Below the pieces are notes generated by a model. That model made no database searches. It was not told the origin of the DNA and saw only the letters and a program-made list of their open reading frames with translations. A stretch of 64,000 bases of DNA, from the sequence record NC_010583.1, one strand, 5' to 3'. This DNA comes from Escherichia phage Eps7. How positions within the stretch are numbered: the stretch's first letter is position 1; each line of letters starts with the position of its first letter. Shown one piece after another: positions 28,623 through 36,882 of this stretch. Made by a program: the position numbers and the translations under genes.

Positions 28623-29112
28623 TTTCAAATTGCCCGTATATGCTTTACGGGCATTTGTATCAATTGAGCAGGAAGGTGATTATTCCGTAATTACAACAAA
28701 ATATAATAAATATGTGCTAGATAACAGGAAGTTGCCCGGCACATTCTCCCAACGTAGGTTAGCCCTATTTGAGAAGCGGAAAGAATTACCGTATAAGCTC
28801 TATCCTATTCGTGGTAGAATATCAATGTTGTCCCAATTAGTAGGGTCAAAGCGTAGCCAGTTTATAGATTCTGATGGAAATCTTATTAACTGGAAGAAAA
28901 CTACGTTCTATGATGTTATCACATCTAAAGTTCTGCATTCTGCAAGAATTTATAATGGAAAGTATCAATGTTATGTGGCTAAAGTCCCATATCCATTCGT
29001 GCTATCCTATGTTCCAGCTTATATAAGCTATATTCTGGTAAATAATAGCCCTGTTATTTATCAAGTCCATCAAGAGGAGCCTGAAATTCCTAGACTTAGA
29101 ATAAAATTATGA
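28615..29112 (+). CDS. hypothetical protein (165 aa)
   Basis: ORF coupled between the polymerase and helicase genes. Confidence 0.5.
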   Translation: MLDFKLPVYALRAFVSIEQEGDYSVITTKYNKYVLDNRKLPGTFSQRRLALFEKRKELPYKLYPIRGRISMLSQLVGSKRSQFIDSDGNLINWKKTTFYDVITSKVLHSARIYNGKYQCYVAKVPYPFVLSYVPAYISYILVNNSPVIYQVHQEEPEIPRLRIKL

Positions 29113-30461
29113 AGGTTGTTATATCTAATAAAGCCTATTTCAAGCCCGATGATGAACTCTGGGATTACTGTAGTAAGCAAACCACTTATCACATCGAGAC
29201 AATGACTAGTAAATACCCTATTATGTATAAGAATAGTGGTGTTGTTGCTAAAGAGATTAAGTGGATTCCTATTACGCGTCTGGATTTACTAGATGCTAAG
29301 GGAGTAAAGTACGAATTAGTTGATAAACGTACGTTAGCTCCGGTAGAAATACCAGAACCTCAGTTCAAACTGCGTGAAGAAGATCAGCTTCCTATATATG
29401 AAGAGTGTGATGATACTTGTATTATCAATGGTAAGCCTGGGTTTGGTAAAACTATCCTAGCTCTTGCTCTTGCATATAAGTTTGGCCAGAAAACTCTGGT
29501 AATCTGCACCAACACATCCATTCGTGAAATGTGGGCTGCAGAAGTTCGTAAATGGTTTGGGTTTGAACCTGGTATTATTGGCTCTGGGAAGTATAATATT
29601 GATCCACCAATCGTGGTCAGTAATATACAAACAGTGAATAAACATGCGAATAATCTTTCTAAAGTGTTCGGTACTGTTATAGTTGATGAAGTACACCACT
29701 GTGTGGCTACAACTTTCACTAATTTCCTAGAGATCTCATGTGCTCACTATAAGATTGGTCTATCTGGTACGTTAAAGCGTAAGGATGGCCTGCAAGTTAT
29801 GTTCAAAGACTTCTTCGGATATAAGATCTTTAGTCCACCCGTTAATAATACTGTTCCACCTACAATCCATAGGTACTCCGTGCCTGTTGAGTTATCAGGT
29901 AACCAAAACGTACCCTGGGCATTACGTGCTAACGATGTGTATAATCATCCTGAATATCGAGAAACTATTATAAACCTAGCGCATTTATATGTGTCTATGG
30001 GACATAAGGTTCTCTTTGTAAGTGATAGGACGGAACTAATCCAAACAATACTAGAAGCTCTCGCACAACGTGGTGTTACAACCTATGAGATTATAGGTGC
30101 AACTCCTTTGGATGATCGATTGAGAATCCAGAAAGATGTAGCGGAGGGCGGACCTTGTGTACTTGCAGCAGCTCAGAGTATCTTCTCAGAAGGTATTTCT
30201 CTTAACGAGCTGTCTTGTTTAATAATGGGAAGTCTCATTAATAATGAATCTCTCATAGAACAGTTAGCAGGCCGCGTTCAACGTATTGTTGACGGAAAGC
30301 TAGATCCGATTGTTGTAGATTTAATTATGAAAGGAGGTACTGGTTTAAGACAGGCTTCTGGACGTATGGCCGTGTATCGCAATAATGCATGGAAAACTAT
30401 TACTATGACTCCGGAGAAAGCAGTACAATTAGCTAAAATTGCATTTGGCAACTGCTCATAA
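29109..30461 (+). CDS. ATP-dependent DNA helicase, SF2 (T5 D10-like)
   Basis: Walker A GKPGFGKT, DEVH box VIVDEVHH; 450 aa. Confidence 0.85.
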   Translation: MKVVISNKAYFKPDDELWDYCSKQTTYHIETMTSKYPIMYKNSGVVAKEIKWIPITRLDLLDAKGVKYELVDKRTLAPVEIPEPQFKLREEDQLPIYEECDDTCIINGKPGFGKTILALALAYKFGQKTLVICTNTSIREMWAAEVRKWFGFEPGIIGSGKYNIDPPIVVSNIQTVNKHANNLSKVFGTVIVDEVHHCVATTFTNFLEISCAHYKIGLSGTLKRKDGLQVMFKDFFGYKIFSPPVNNTVPPTIHRYSVPVELSGNQNVPWALRANDVYNHPEYRETIINLAHLYVSMGHKVLFVSDRTELIQTILEALAQRGVTTYEIIGATPLDDRLRIQKDVAEGGPCVLAAAQSIFSEGISLNELSCLIMGSLINNESLIEQLAGRVQRIVDGKLDPIVVDLIMKGGTGLRQASGRMAVYRNNAWKTITMTPEKAVQLAKIAFGNCS

Positions 30462-30473
30462 TTATTGTATAAT
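30445..30473 (+). promoter_or_regulatory. T5-type promoter TTGGCA-17-TATAAT with downstream ACACATAAATTTGAGAGAGAAAG box
   Basis: first of two tandem promoters. Confidence 0.6.
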
Positions 30474-30545
30474 ATACACATAAATTTGAGAGAGAAAGTT
30501 TCGGATTGATAAGAAAGTCCGAAGCAGAAAAAATAAAAATTGTAC

Positions 30546-30575
30546 TTGTCAAATCCTCCCGATTTAATGTATAAT
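30546..30575 (+). promoter_or_regulatory. T5-type promoter TTGTCA-18-TATAAT with downstream ATACATAAATTGATGAGAGAC box
   Basis: second tandem promoter. Confidence 0.6.
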
Positions 30576-30602
30576 ATATACATAAATTGATGAGAGACAA
30601 AA

Positions 30603-30965
30603 ATGAAATTCTTTGATTACGAGAGAATTTACCTCTTAGCTAGAGGAAACTCCGACCTGATTGTCAAGCTATTTAATAGAATGCTTGCAGAGCCTGATGC
30701 TCACCAGTTACTGGTCGGTTCTTCATTCATCTTGAATGAATCAACTATTGTTGATAACCCTTACAAATTGTCTAATAGACAACTGGCAGAATATCTAGGA
30801 ATTCTAAGTCTACGAAATTATGCCGAATATAAGTTTACAAACGATCCGAGTTTGGACATGCAATATGTTCCCATATGGATACCACGTTCTGTAATCGACA
30901 CTAACCCACTAATTGCAATCAATAAATCGAAGATAATCTTTAAAGAGGAAATAAAATATGGCTAA
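30603..30965 (+). CDS. hypothetical protein (120 aa)
   Basis: ORF downstream of tandem promoters. Confidence 0.5.
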   Translation: MKFFDYERIYLLARGNSDLIVKLFNRMLAEPDAHQLLVGSSFILNESTIVDNPYKLSNRQLAEYLGILSLRNYAEYKFTNDPSLDMQYVPIWIPRSVIDTNPLIAINKSKIIFKEEIKYG

Positions 30966-31731
30966 GTCTTGGGGCGAAACTACTGGCGGTTCTAACGATA
31001 AAATCGACTTCCTGAAATTCAACAACGGTGTAACTCGTGTTCGTATCGTTTCTGGTGTTCTTCCACGTTATGTCTACTGGCTGACTAACAAAGATGGTAA
31101 TGCAGCTCCGTTTGAGTGCCTGCGTTTCAACCGTACTAAAGAGAGCTTCGTTCGCGGTAAAGCTGACCCGATTCACGAAATGGGCTTCTTCGAGAAAGAG
31201 CTGGACAAAGATGGTAATCGTGTTCCGCTGAAACCGAAGAAAAACTACATCGCTTTCGTTATCGACCGTTCTGATAACAAACTGAAAGTTATGGAAGTTA
31301 AAGCTACTATCCTGAAAGGCATCCAGTCTATCATGAAGCAGCTTGAATTGGCAGATCCATTCGATATCGATATTTCTATCGAGAAGAAAGGTAAAGGCTT
31401 CGATACTGAGTACGATGTACAGCAGATCGCAGCAATGCAGTTCCAGATGAAACTGAAAGATCCTACCAGTGCTGAATCAAAACTGCACGCCGCAGATACT
31501 GATATTCTCGGTGAAGCACTGAGTGATGAAAATGGCGATTTCCTGAAGTTCGAAAAAGTTCCTTCTCTGGAAGAAACCTATCCGGTTCCGTCCTACGAAG
31601 AGCAGAAAGAAGCTATTCTCGCCTTCATGGAAGGTCGTGAGAAGCAAGACGGCGGTGACGCTAAGTCTGGTGGTGATGCTGGTTCTCAGAAAGGCATCGA
31701 CGCTGAAGCTGCTAGCGATCTGGACGACTAA
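30958..31731 (+). CDS. putative single-stranded DNA-binding protein (acidic C-terminal tail)
   Basis: optimal codon usage; acidic tail ending DLDD; function inferred only. Confidence 0.45.
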   Translation: MAKSWGETTGGSNDKIDFLKFNNGVTRVRIVSGVLPRYVYWLTNKDGNAAPFECLRFNRTKESFVRGKADPIHEMGFFEKELDKDGNRVPLKPKKNYIAFVIDRSDNKLKVMEVKATILKGIQSIMKQLELADPFDIDISIEKKGKGFDTEYDVQQIAAMQFQMKLKDPTSAESKLHAADTDILGEALSDENGDFLKFEKVPSLEETYPVPSYEEQKEAILAFMEGREKQDGGDAKSGGDAGSQKGIDAEAASDLDD

Positions 31732-31737
31732 TAAACC

Positions 31738-31765
31738 AAGGGGAGCTACGGCTCCCTTTCTTTTT
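31738..31765 (+). terminator. rho-independent terminator
   Basis: AAGGGGAGC-TAC-GGCTCCCTT followed by TCTTTTT. Confidence 0.7.
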
Positions 31766-31770
31766 AACTT

Positions 31771-32748
31771 ATGAGAATACTATTTAGTGCTGATCATCAT
31801 ATCAAACTAGGACAAGATAAAGTTCCAAAGGAATGGCAGAAGCGTCGCTTCCTGATGCTAGGAGAACGGTTAAATGACATATTCCATAATCATAACTGTG
31901 ATCTGCATATTGCTGGTGGTGATATTCTTGATGTTGCCGACCCATCGTCGGAAGAAATAGAACTTCTTGAGCAGTTCATGTCAAGACTTGATCATCCAGG
32001 CAAGATCTTCACTGGGAACCATGAAATGTTAACTAAAACTATTTCATGCCTGTATCATTATGCAGGGGTTATTAACAAAGTAACAAACGGAAATTGGGAA
32101 GTCATTACTAAACCATATCGTTCTCCTGAATTTGATATTATCCCTTACGATGAAATTCACAAACCAAAGTGGAAACCCTCTGAATCAAAATTATGTTTCA
32201 CGCATGTTCGTGGTGAAATCCCTCCACATGTAAAACCAGAGATTGATCTAACGAGGTATAACTGTTACGACACTGTAATTGCTGGCGATTTACATTCTTA
32301 TACTAATAGTCAAACTGTTGGTTCTACTAGACTTCTTTATCCAGGATCTCCATTAACTACATCGTTCCATAGAGAACGCACAAAAGGTACAAATGGTTGT
32401 TTTATCATTGATACCGACACATTAAAAGTAGAATGGATTGAACTTGGTGACTTACCACAACTGATTCGTAAAACAATCGGAGTCGGTGAGGAAATGGAGC
32501 CTAGTGACTATGACCGTGTAATTTATGAAGTCACTGGTGACGTCGTTCAGTTAAAGTCTATTAAAGATTCCGATCTCCTAGATAAAAAGATTAACCATCG
32601 AGTTACTAAAGATGCTAAGTTAAATCTTGTCGATCTTGATATGTTAGGCGAGCTTGAGCTTTACTTCCGTGAAGTTGAAAAGCTGTCTCAAGGCGACATT
32701 GATAGAATCTTAGCTAGAGCTGCTAAATATGTCAAAGATTACAATTAA
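31771..32748 (+). CDS. SbcD/Mre11-like nuclease (T5 D12-like)
   Basis: calcineurin-like phosphoesterase motifs SADHH, GGDILD, GNHE. Confidence 0.9.
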   Translation: MRILFSADHHIKLGQDKVPKEWQKRRFLMLGERLNDIFHNHNCDLHIAGGDILDVADPSSEEIELLEQFMSRLDHPGKIFTGNHEMLTKTISCLYHYAGVINKVTNGNWEVITKPYRSPEFDIIPYDEIHKPKWKPSESKLCFTHVRGEIPPHVKPEIDLTRYNCYDTVIAGDLHSYTNSQTVGSTRLLYPGSPLTTSFHRERTKGTNGCFIIDTDTLKVEWIELGDLPQLIRKTIGVGEEMEPSDYDRVIYEVTGDVVQLKSIKDSDLLDKKINHRVTKDAKLNLVDLDMLGELELYFREVEKLSQGDIDRILARAAKYVKDYN

Positions 32749-34567
32749 GACACTAAAATTCAGCAACGTTATGTCTTACGGTAAGGATATCGTAATTCAT
32801 TTCGATAAGAATCCAGTTACTCAGTTAATTGGAGGAAATGGTCTAGGGAAGTCCACTATTGCTACTGTTATTGAGGAATTGTTTTATAACAAGAACTCAC
32901 GTGGTATCAAGAAGGACGCCCTATTCTCTTGGGGTTCTCCGAAGAAAGAGTATGATATGCACGCTTACTTCTCGAAAGATGAAGATGAGTATGAATTGCA
33001 TAAAGTAGTTAAATCAACTGCTAAGGTTACGCTGATTAAGAACGGGGAAGATATCAGTGGGCACACAGCAACTCAAACGTACAAGATGATTGAAGAGATT
33101 ATGGGTGGTGACTTCCAAACATTCACTAAACTGATCTATCAATCTGTTGGTTCCAATCTAGACTTCCTCAAAGCAACTGATGCAACACGTAAAGCTTTTC
33201 TTGTTAATCTGTTCAATCAGGAACAGTATAAAGAGATGTCAGAAACTATTAAGGCTGATCGTAAAGAAGTGGCAAGTACGTTAAGTAACTTGCAAGGCCA
33301 GATGGCCGTAATTACGAAGATCCTCAATGGAAAAGGTAATCTCGGAAGTTTACAAGAACCAGTTGAAGTTCCAGAGTTTGATGAAGAACCGTTAGCACAA
33401 GAACTTACTGAATCGAAAATTAAGGCGGCATTAGCCAAGTCACAAGAGGCTAATATTACTAAACTCCGTAATTTGGACAAAGCTGTACAAGTTGCCGAAC
33501 AATCTTTCGAGCCTTTCAAAAATTTCCCTGCGCCCACTGACCAATCTGAAGAGATCTCAAGTGTTACGCGTGACCTAACGATCGTTACCTCACGTGCGGG
33601 AGAAGTCAAGAAACGTTATCAGAAGTTCAAGCAAGAGGCTTCAAATACTGAATGTCCTACTTGTGGCACTCACCTTGATACAACTGCTGCTCAAAAAGCC
33701 ATGGATATGGCTAGAACAGAATATGATCCTCTGTTTAAAGAGAAACAATCTCTTGAAGCTACATTGGAGCAGTTGAAGAAAGAACAAGTCGAGTACACTG
33801 CGTATACTAGAGCTAAGGATGCTTTGGATAAGGCAGTAGCAGCTAGAGACGAATTCAAAAATTCAATGAGTGATTCTTCTTTTGAAGAACTCAATGTGCA
33901 AATCCTACAGGTGCAAATCCGACAATTAGAACAGGAAATCGCAGATGGACGTTCTAAAGTTGCAATTGCCAAAGAACATAATGCAAATGTCGAATTAGCC
34001 AATGCAAAGTATAAAGCGAAACTAGAACAGATTGAGAAAGCTGAGGCAGAAATGTCTGAGATAACGTCCAAACTGGAAGGAGTATCAGAAGCTGTTGCTG
34101 ATCTTGATATTCTGATCGCTGCATTGAAAAATCTGGTAGGATATAAACTAGAGCATAGTGTGAAAGTATTTGAGGAATTAATTAATAAATATCTTTCTAT
34201 TATGACTGGTGGTAAGTTCGCACTTGGATTTGAACTTGATGAAACTAAATTACAAGTAGTAATCTTCAATGATGGAAATCGTACTAGTATGGAGAACTGC
34301 TCCACTGGTCAGCAAAGTAGAATTAATTTAGCAACTCTGTTAGCTATTCGAATGCTGTTAACATCTATCAGCAAAGTTAATATTAATCTTCTGTTCCTTG
34401 ACGAAGTTATTAGCTTTATTGATACGAAAGGACTTGATACTCTCGTTGAATTATTAAATGAGGAAGATAGTCTAAACTCTATCATTGTTTCTCATGGGCA
34501 TACGCATCCATTAGCCCATAAGATTACTGTCAAAAAAGATGCAGAAGGATTTTCCTACTTAGAATAA
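32729..34567 (+). CDS. SbcC/Rad50-like ATPase (T5 D13-like)
   Basis: Walker A GGNGLGKST, long coiled coil with CPTCG zinc hook, Walker B LLFLDEV. Confidence 0.9.
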   Translation: MSKITIKTLKFSNVMSYGKDIVIHFDKNPVTQLIGGNGLGKSTIATVIEELFYNKNSRGIKKDALFSWGSPKKEYDMHAYFSKDEDEYELHKVVKSTAKVTLIKNGEDISGHTATQTYKMIEEIMGGDFQTFTKLIYQSVGSNLDFLKATDATRKAFLVNLFNQEQYKEMSETIKADRKEVASTLSNLQGQMAVITKILNGKGNLGSLQEPVEVPEFDEEPLAQELTESKIKAALAKSQEANITKLRNLDKAVQVAEQSFEPFKNFPAPTDQSEEISSVTRDLTIVTSRAGEVKKRYQKFKQEASNTECPTCGTHLDTTAAQKAMDMARTEYDPLFKEKQSLEATLEQLKKEQVEYTAYTRAKDALDKAVAARDEFKNSMSDSSFEELNVQILQVQIRQLEQEIADGRSKVAIAKEHNANVELANAKYKAKLEQIEKAEAEMSEITSKLEGVSEAVADLDILIAALKNLVGYKLEHSVKVFEELINKYLSIMTGGKFALGFELDETKLQVVIFNDGNRTSMENCSTGQQSRINLATLLAIRMLLTSISKVNINLLFLDEVISFIDTKGLDTLVELLNEEDSLNSIIVSHGHTHPLAHKITVKKDAEGFSYLE

Positions 34568-34570
34568 AAC

Positions 34571-35053
34571 ATGGCCGTAGATAGTAGAGAGAAAGGTAAA
34601 CGTGGTGAATATCAGGTAAGAGATATACTGCGTGAACGTACAGGTCTTGAGTGGGAACGTGTTCCAGGCTCTGGTGCTTTTGGCCAGAGCCATGGACTGA
34701 AGGGTGACATCTACCTCCCACCACAAAGCGGACACATTAGTAAATACTGCTTCGAAGTTAAGTGGTATAAAGATGATAACATATCAAGTAATTTATTTAA
34801 CGTTGGTGAATCCACTCTAGAGAAGTGGTGGCAGCAGTGTTCCCGTGAAGGTGAACAGATGAACTCCAAACCAGCCTTAATATTCAAGAAAGACAGAGGA
34901 CAGTGGTTAATTGCTTTGGATAGCTCAGACCCGATGGTTGACAACTTAATGAGTCGTACCCATATGGTGTTAAATAAGAAAGACATGGAAATCGTAATAG
35001 GGTTATTCGAACCGTGGTTACATCACGCATCTGTTGAGGACTTAATTAAATAA
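34571..35053 (+). CDS. PD-(D/E)xK nuclease, Holliday-junction-resolvase-like (T5 D14-like)
   Basis: KGKRGEYQVRDIL, GDIY, FEVK motifs. Confidence 0.6.
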   Translation: MAVDSREKGKRGEYQVRDILRERTGLEWERVPGSGAFGQSHGLKGDIYLPPQSGHISKYCFEVKWYKDDNISSNLFNVGESTLEKWWQQCSREGEQMNSKPALIFKKDRGQWLIALDSSDPMVDNLMSRTHMVLNKKDMEIVIGLFEPWLHHASVEDLIK

Positions 35054-35928
35054 TGAGTAAATCCTGGGGAAAATTTATTGAAGAGGAAGAAGCTGAGCTG
35101 GCTTCTCGTCGCAACCTAATGATTGTTGACGGAACTAACTTAGGCTTCCGCTTTAAGCATAATAACAGTAAGAAACCTTTTGCTTCTAGTTATGTATCAA
35201 CGATTCAATCTTTAGCGAAATCTTACTCTGCTAGAACTACGATCGTCCTTGGTGATAAAGGGAAGTCTGTGTTCCGTCTTGAACATCTTCCTGATTATAA
35301 AGGCAATCGTGATGAAAAGTATGCACAACGTACAGAAGAAGAGAAAGCTCTAGATGAGCAGTTCTTTGAGTATCTTCGTGACGCTTTCGAGTTGTGTGAA
35401 ACTACATTTCCAACCTTCACTATTCGCGGTGTAGAAGCAGATGATATGGCAGCTTATATTGTTAAGCTCATTGGTCACTTATATGATCACGTTTGGCTGA
35501 TCTCTACTGATGGTGACTGGGATACTTTATTAACTGATCGAGTTTCTCGCTTCTCCTTTACCACACGTCGTGAATACCATCTTCGTGATATGTATGAACA
35601 CCATAACGTTGATGATGTTGACCAGTTTATCTCTCTGAAAGCAATCATGGGAGATCTTGGTGATAACATTCGTGGTGTTGAGGGCATTGGTGCAAAACGT
35701 GGTTATAATATTATACGTGAATTTGGTAATGTTCTGGATATTATTGATCAACTCCCGTTGCCTGGGAAACAGAAATATATACAGAATCTGAACGCATCGG
35801 AGGAGTTGCTTTTCCGAAACTTGATTCTGGTTGATTTACCGACCTATTGTGTAGATGCTATTGCTGCTGTAGGTCAAGACGTATTAGATAAGTTTACGAA
35901 AGATATTTTGGAGATCGCAGGACAATGA
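35053..35928 (+). CDS. D15: 5'-3' exonuclease / flap endonuclease (T5 D15)
   Basis: 291 aa; N-terminus MSKSWGKFIEEEEAELASRRNLMIVDGTNLGFRF matches T5 D15 as I recall it. Confidence 0.95.
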   Translation: MSKSWGKFIEEEEAELASRRNLMIVDGTNLGFRFKHNNSKKPFASSYVSTIQSLAKSYSARTTIVLGDKGKSVFRLEHLPDYKGNRDEKYAQRTEEEKALDEQFFEYLRDAFELCETTFPTFTIRGVEADDMAAYIVKLIGHLYDHVWLISTDGDWDTLLTDRVSRFSFTTRREYHLRDMYEHHNVDDVDQFISLKAIMGDLGDNIRGVEGIGAKRGYNIIREFGNVLDIIDQLPLPGKQKYIQNLNASEELLFRNLILVDLPTYCVDAIAAVGQDVLDKFTKDILEIAGQ

Positions 35929-36371
35929 TTAAAATTAAACTAACTCATCCAGATTGCATGCCGAAGATTGGTTCTGATGATGCCGCAGGTATGGATCTGC
36001 GTGCATTCTTCGGTACTAACCTTGCAGCAGATTTACGTGCTATTGCACCAGGCAAATCCCTTATGATTGACACCGGTGTCGCGGTGGAAATTCCGCGAGG
36101 TTGGTTTGGTTTGGTAGTTCCTCGCAGCTCTTTAGGTAAGCGTAAACTGATGATCGCAAACACCGCAGGAGTGATCGACTCAGACTACCGTGGTACTATT
36201 AAGATGAACCTTTATAACTACGGTTCTGAAATGCAAACTCTGGAGAATTTCGAGAGACTTTGTCAGCTAGTGGTACTACCACACTATTCAACCCATCATT
36301 TTGAAATCGTTGACGAACTAGAGGAGACTGATCGTGGAGAAGGCGGCTTTGGAAGCTCAGGAAGTAAATAA
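35925..36371 (+). CDS. dut: dUTPase
   Basis: AAGMDLRA, PRSSLG, GVIDSDYRG motifs; 148 aa. Confidence 0.95.
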   Translation: MIKIKLTHPDCMPKIGSDDAAGMDLRAFFGTNLAADLRAIAPGKSLMIDTGVAVEIPRGWFGLVVPRSSLGKRKLMIANTAGVIDSDYRGTIKMNLYNYGSEMQTLENFERLCQLVVLPHYSTHHFEIVDELEETDRGEGGFGSSGSK

Positions 36372-36600
36372 TTTTGCTGATCCTAATATGGTAGGGGTAG
36401 ATGTAGACCAACCTAATTTTTGCAAGATTGATATTAAATACGTTGAACCTGAGAAAATAGTATTGAGGGTTGATGTATCTGGTGTAGTAGAACAGTGGGA
36501 TGAAGAAGGATTTATCGCACTTTGCACTGAATCTCAAGATCATATGCTTAAAGCCATGCTAGCAGTATATAACTTAGGTAGTATTGCAGGTAGTAGATAA
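36334..36600 (+). CDS. hypothetical protein (88 aa), GTG start overlapping the dut 3' end
   Basis: GAGGAG RBS 7 nt upstream of GTG 36334. Confidence 0.4.
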   Translation: MEKAALEAQEVNNFADPNMVGVDVDQPNFCKIDIKYVEPEKIVLRVDVSGVVEQWDEEGFIALCTESQDHMLKAMLAVYNLGSIAGSR

Positions 36601-36606
36601 TAATAA

Positions 36607-36640
36607 ACCCCAGTGGACAATCCACTGGGGTTTTCTCTTA
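36607..36640 (+). terminator. rho-independent terminator closing the rightward early block
   Basis: CCCCAGTGGA-CAA-TCCACTGGGG followed by TTTTCTCTT. Confidence 0.75.
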
Positions 36641-36718
36641 TTTAGTAAGGAGTTGTTTTACTAATTCCTTTATTTTATTAATCTTTTTTTTTTTGAAAGG
36701 GTGCAAAACGAACCTCTT

Positions 36719-36748
36719 GCATTTTGCATTTTGCATTTTGCGTTTTCA
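36719..36748. repeat. tandem heptamer (GCATTTT) x4 next to a T11 tract at the convergent early/late junction
   Basis: TTGCATTTTGCATTTTGCATTTTGCGTTTTC; T11 run at about 36684-36694. Confidence 0.6.
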
Positions 36749-36882
36749 TATTGTACATAAGAACAGCCTAAGAATCAGCGAACTGTTAACATAGCAGAAC
36801 ACGCGTTGCGTTGCTAGGATAATCAATGTTCAGGCTTGTTTCGCAGCAATATTTTTCAGTGACAGATTGCACTCCACTTATA

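Noticed and set aside
33691-34305. 204-aa minus-strand ORF inside the SbcC-like gene (and 33217..33609)
   Set aside because: Antisense to a well-supported plus-strand gene; Ser/Ala-rich low-complexity translation; no RBS.
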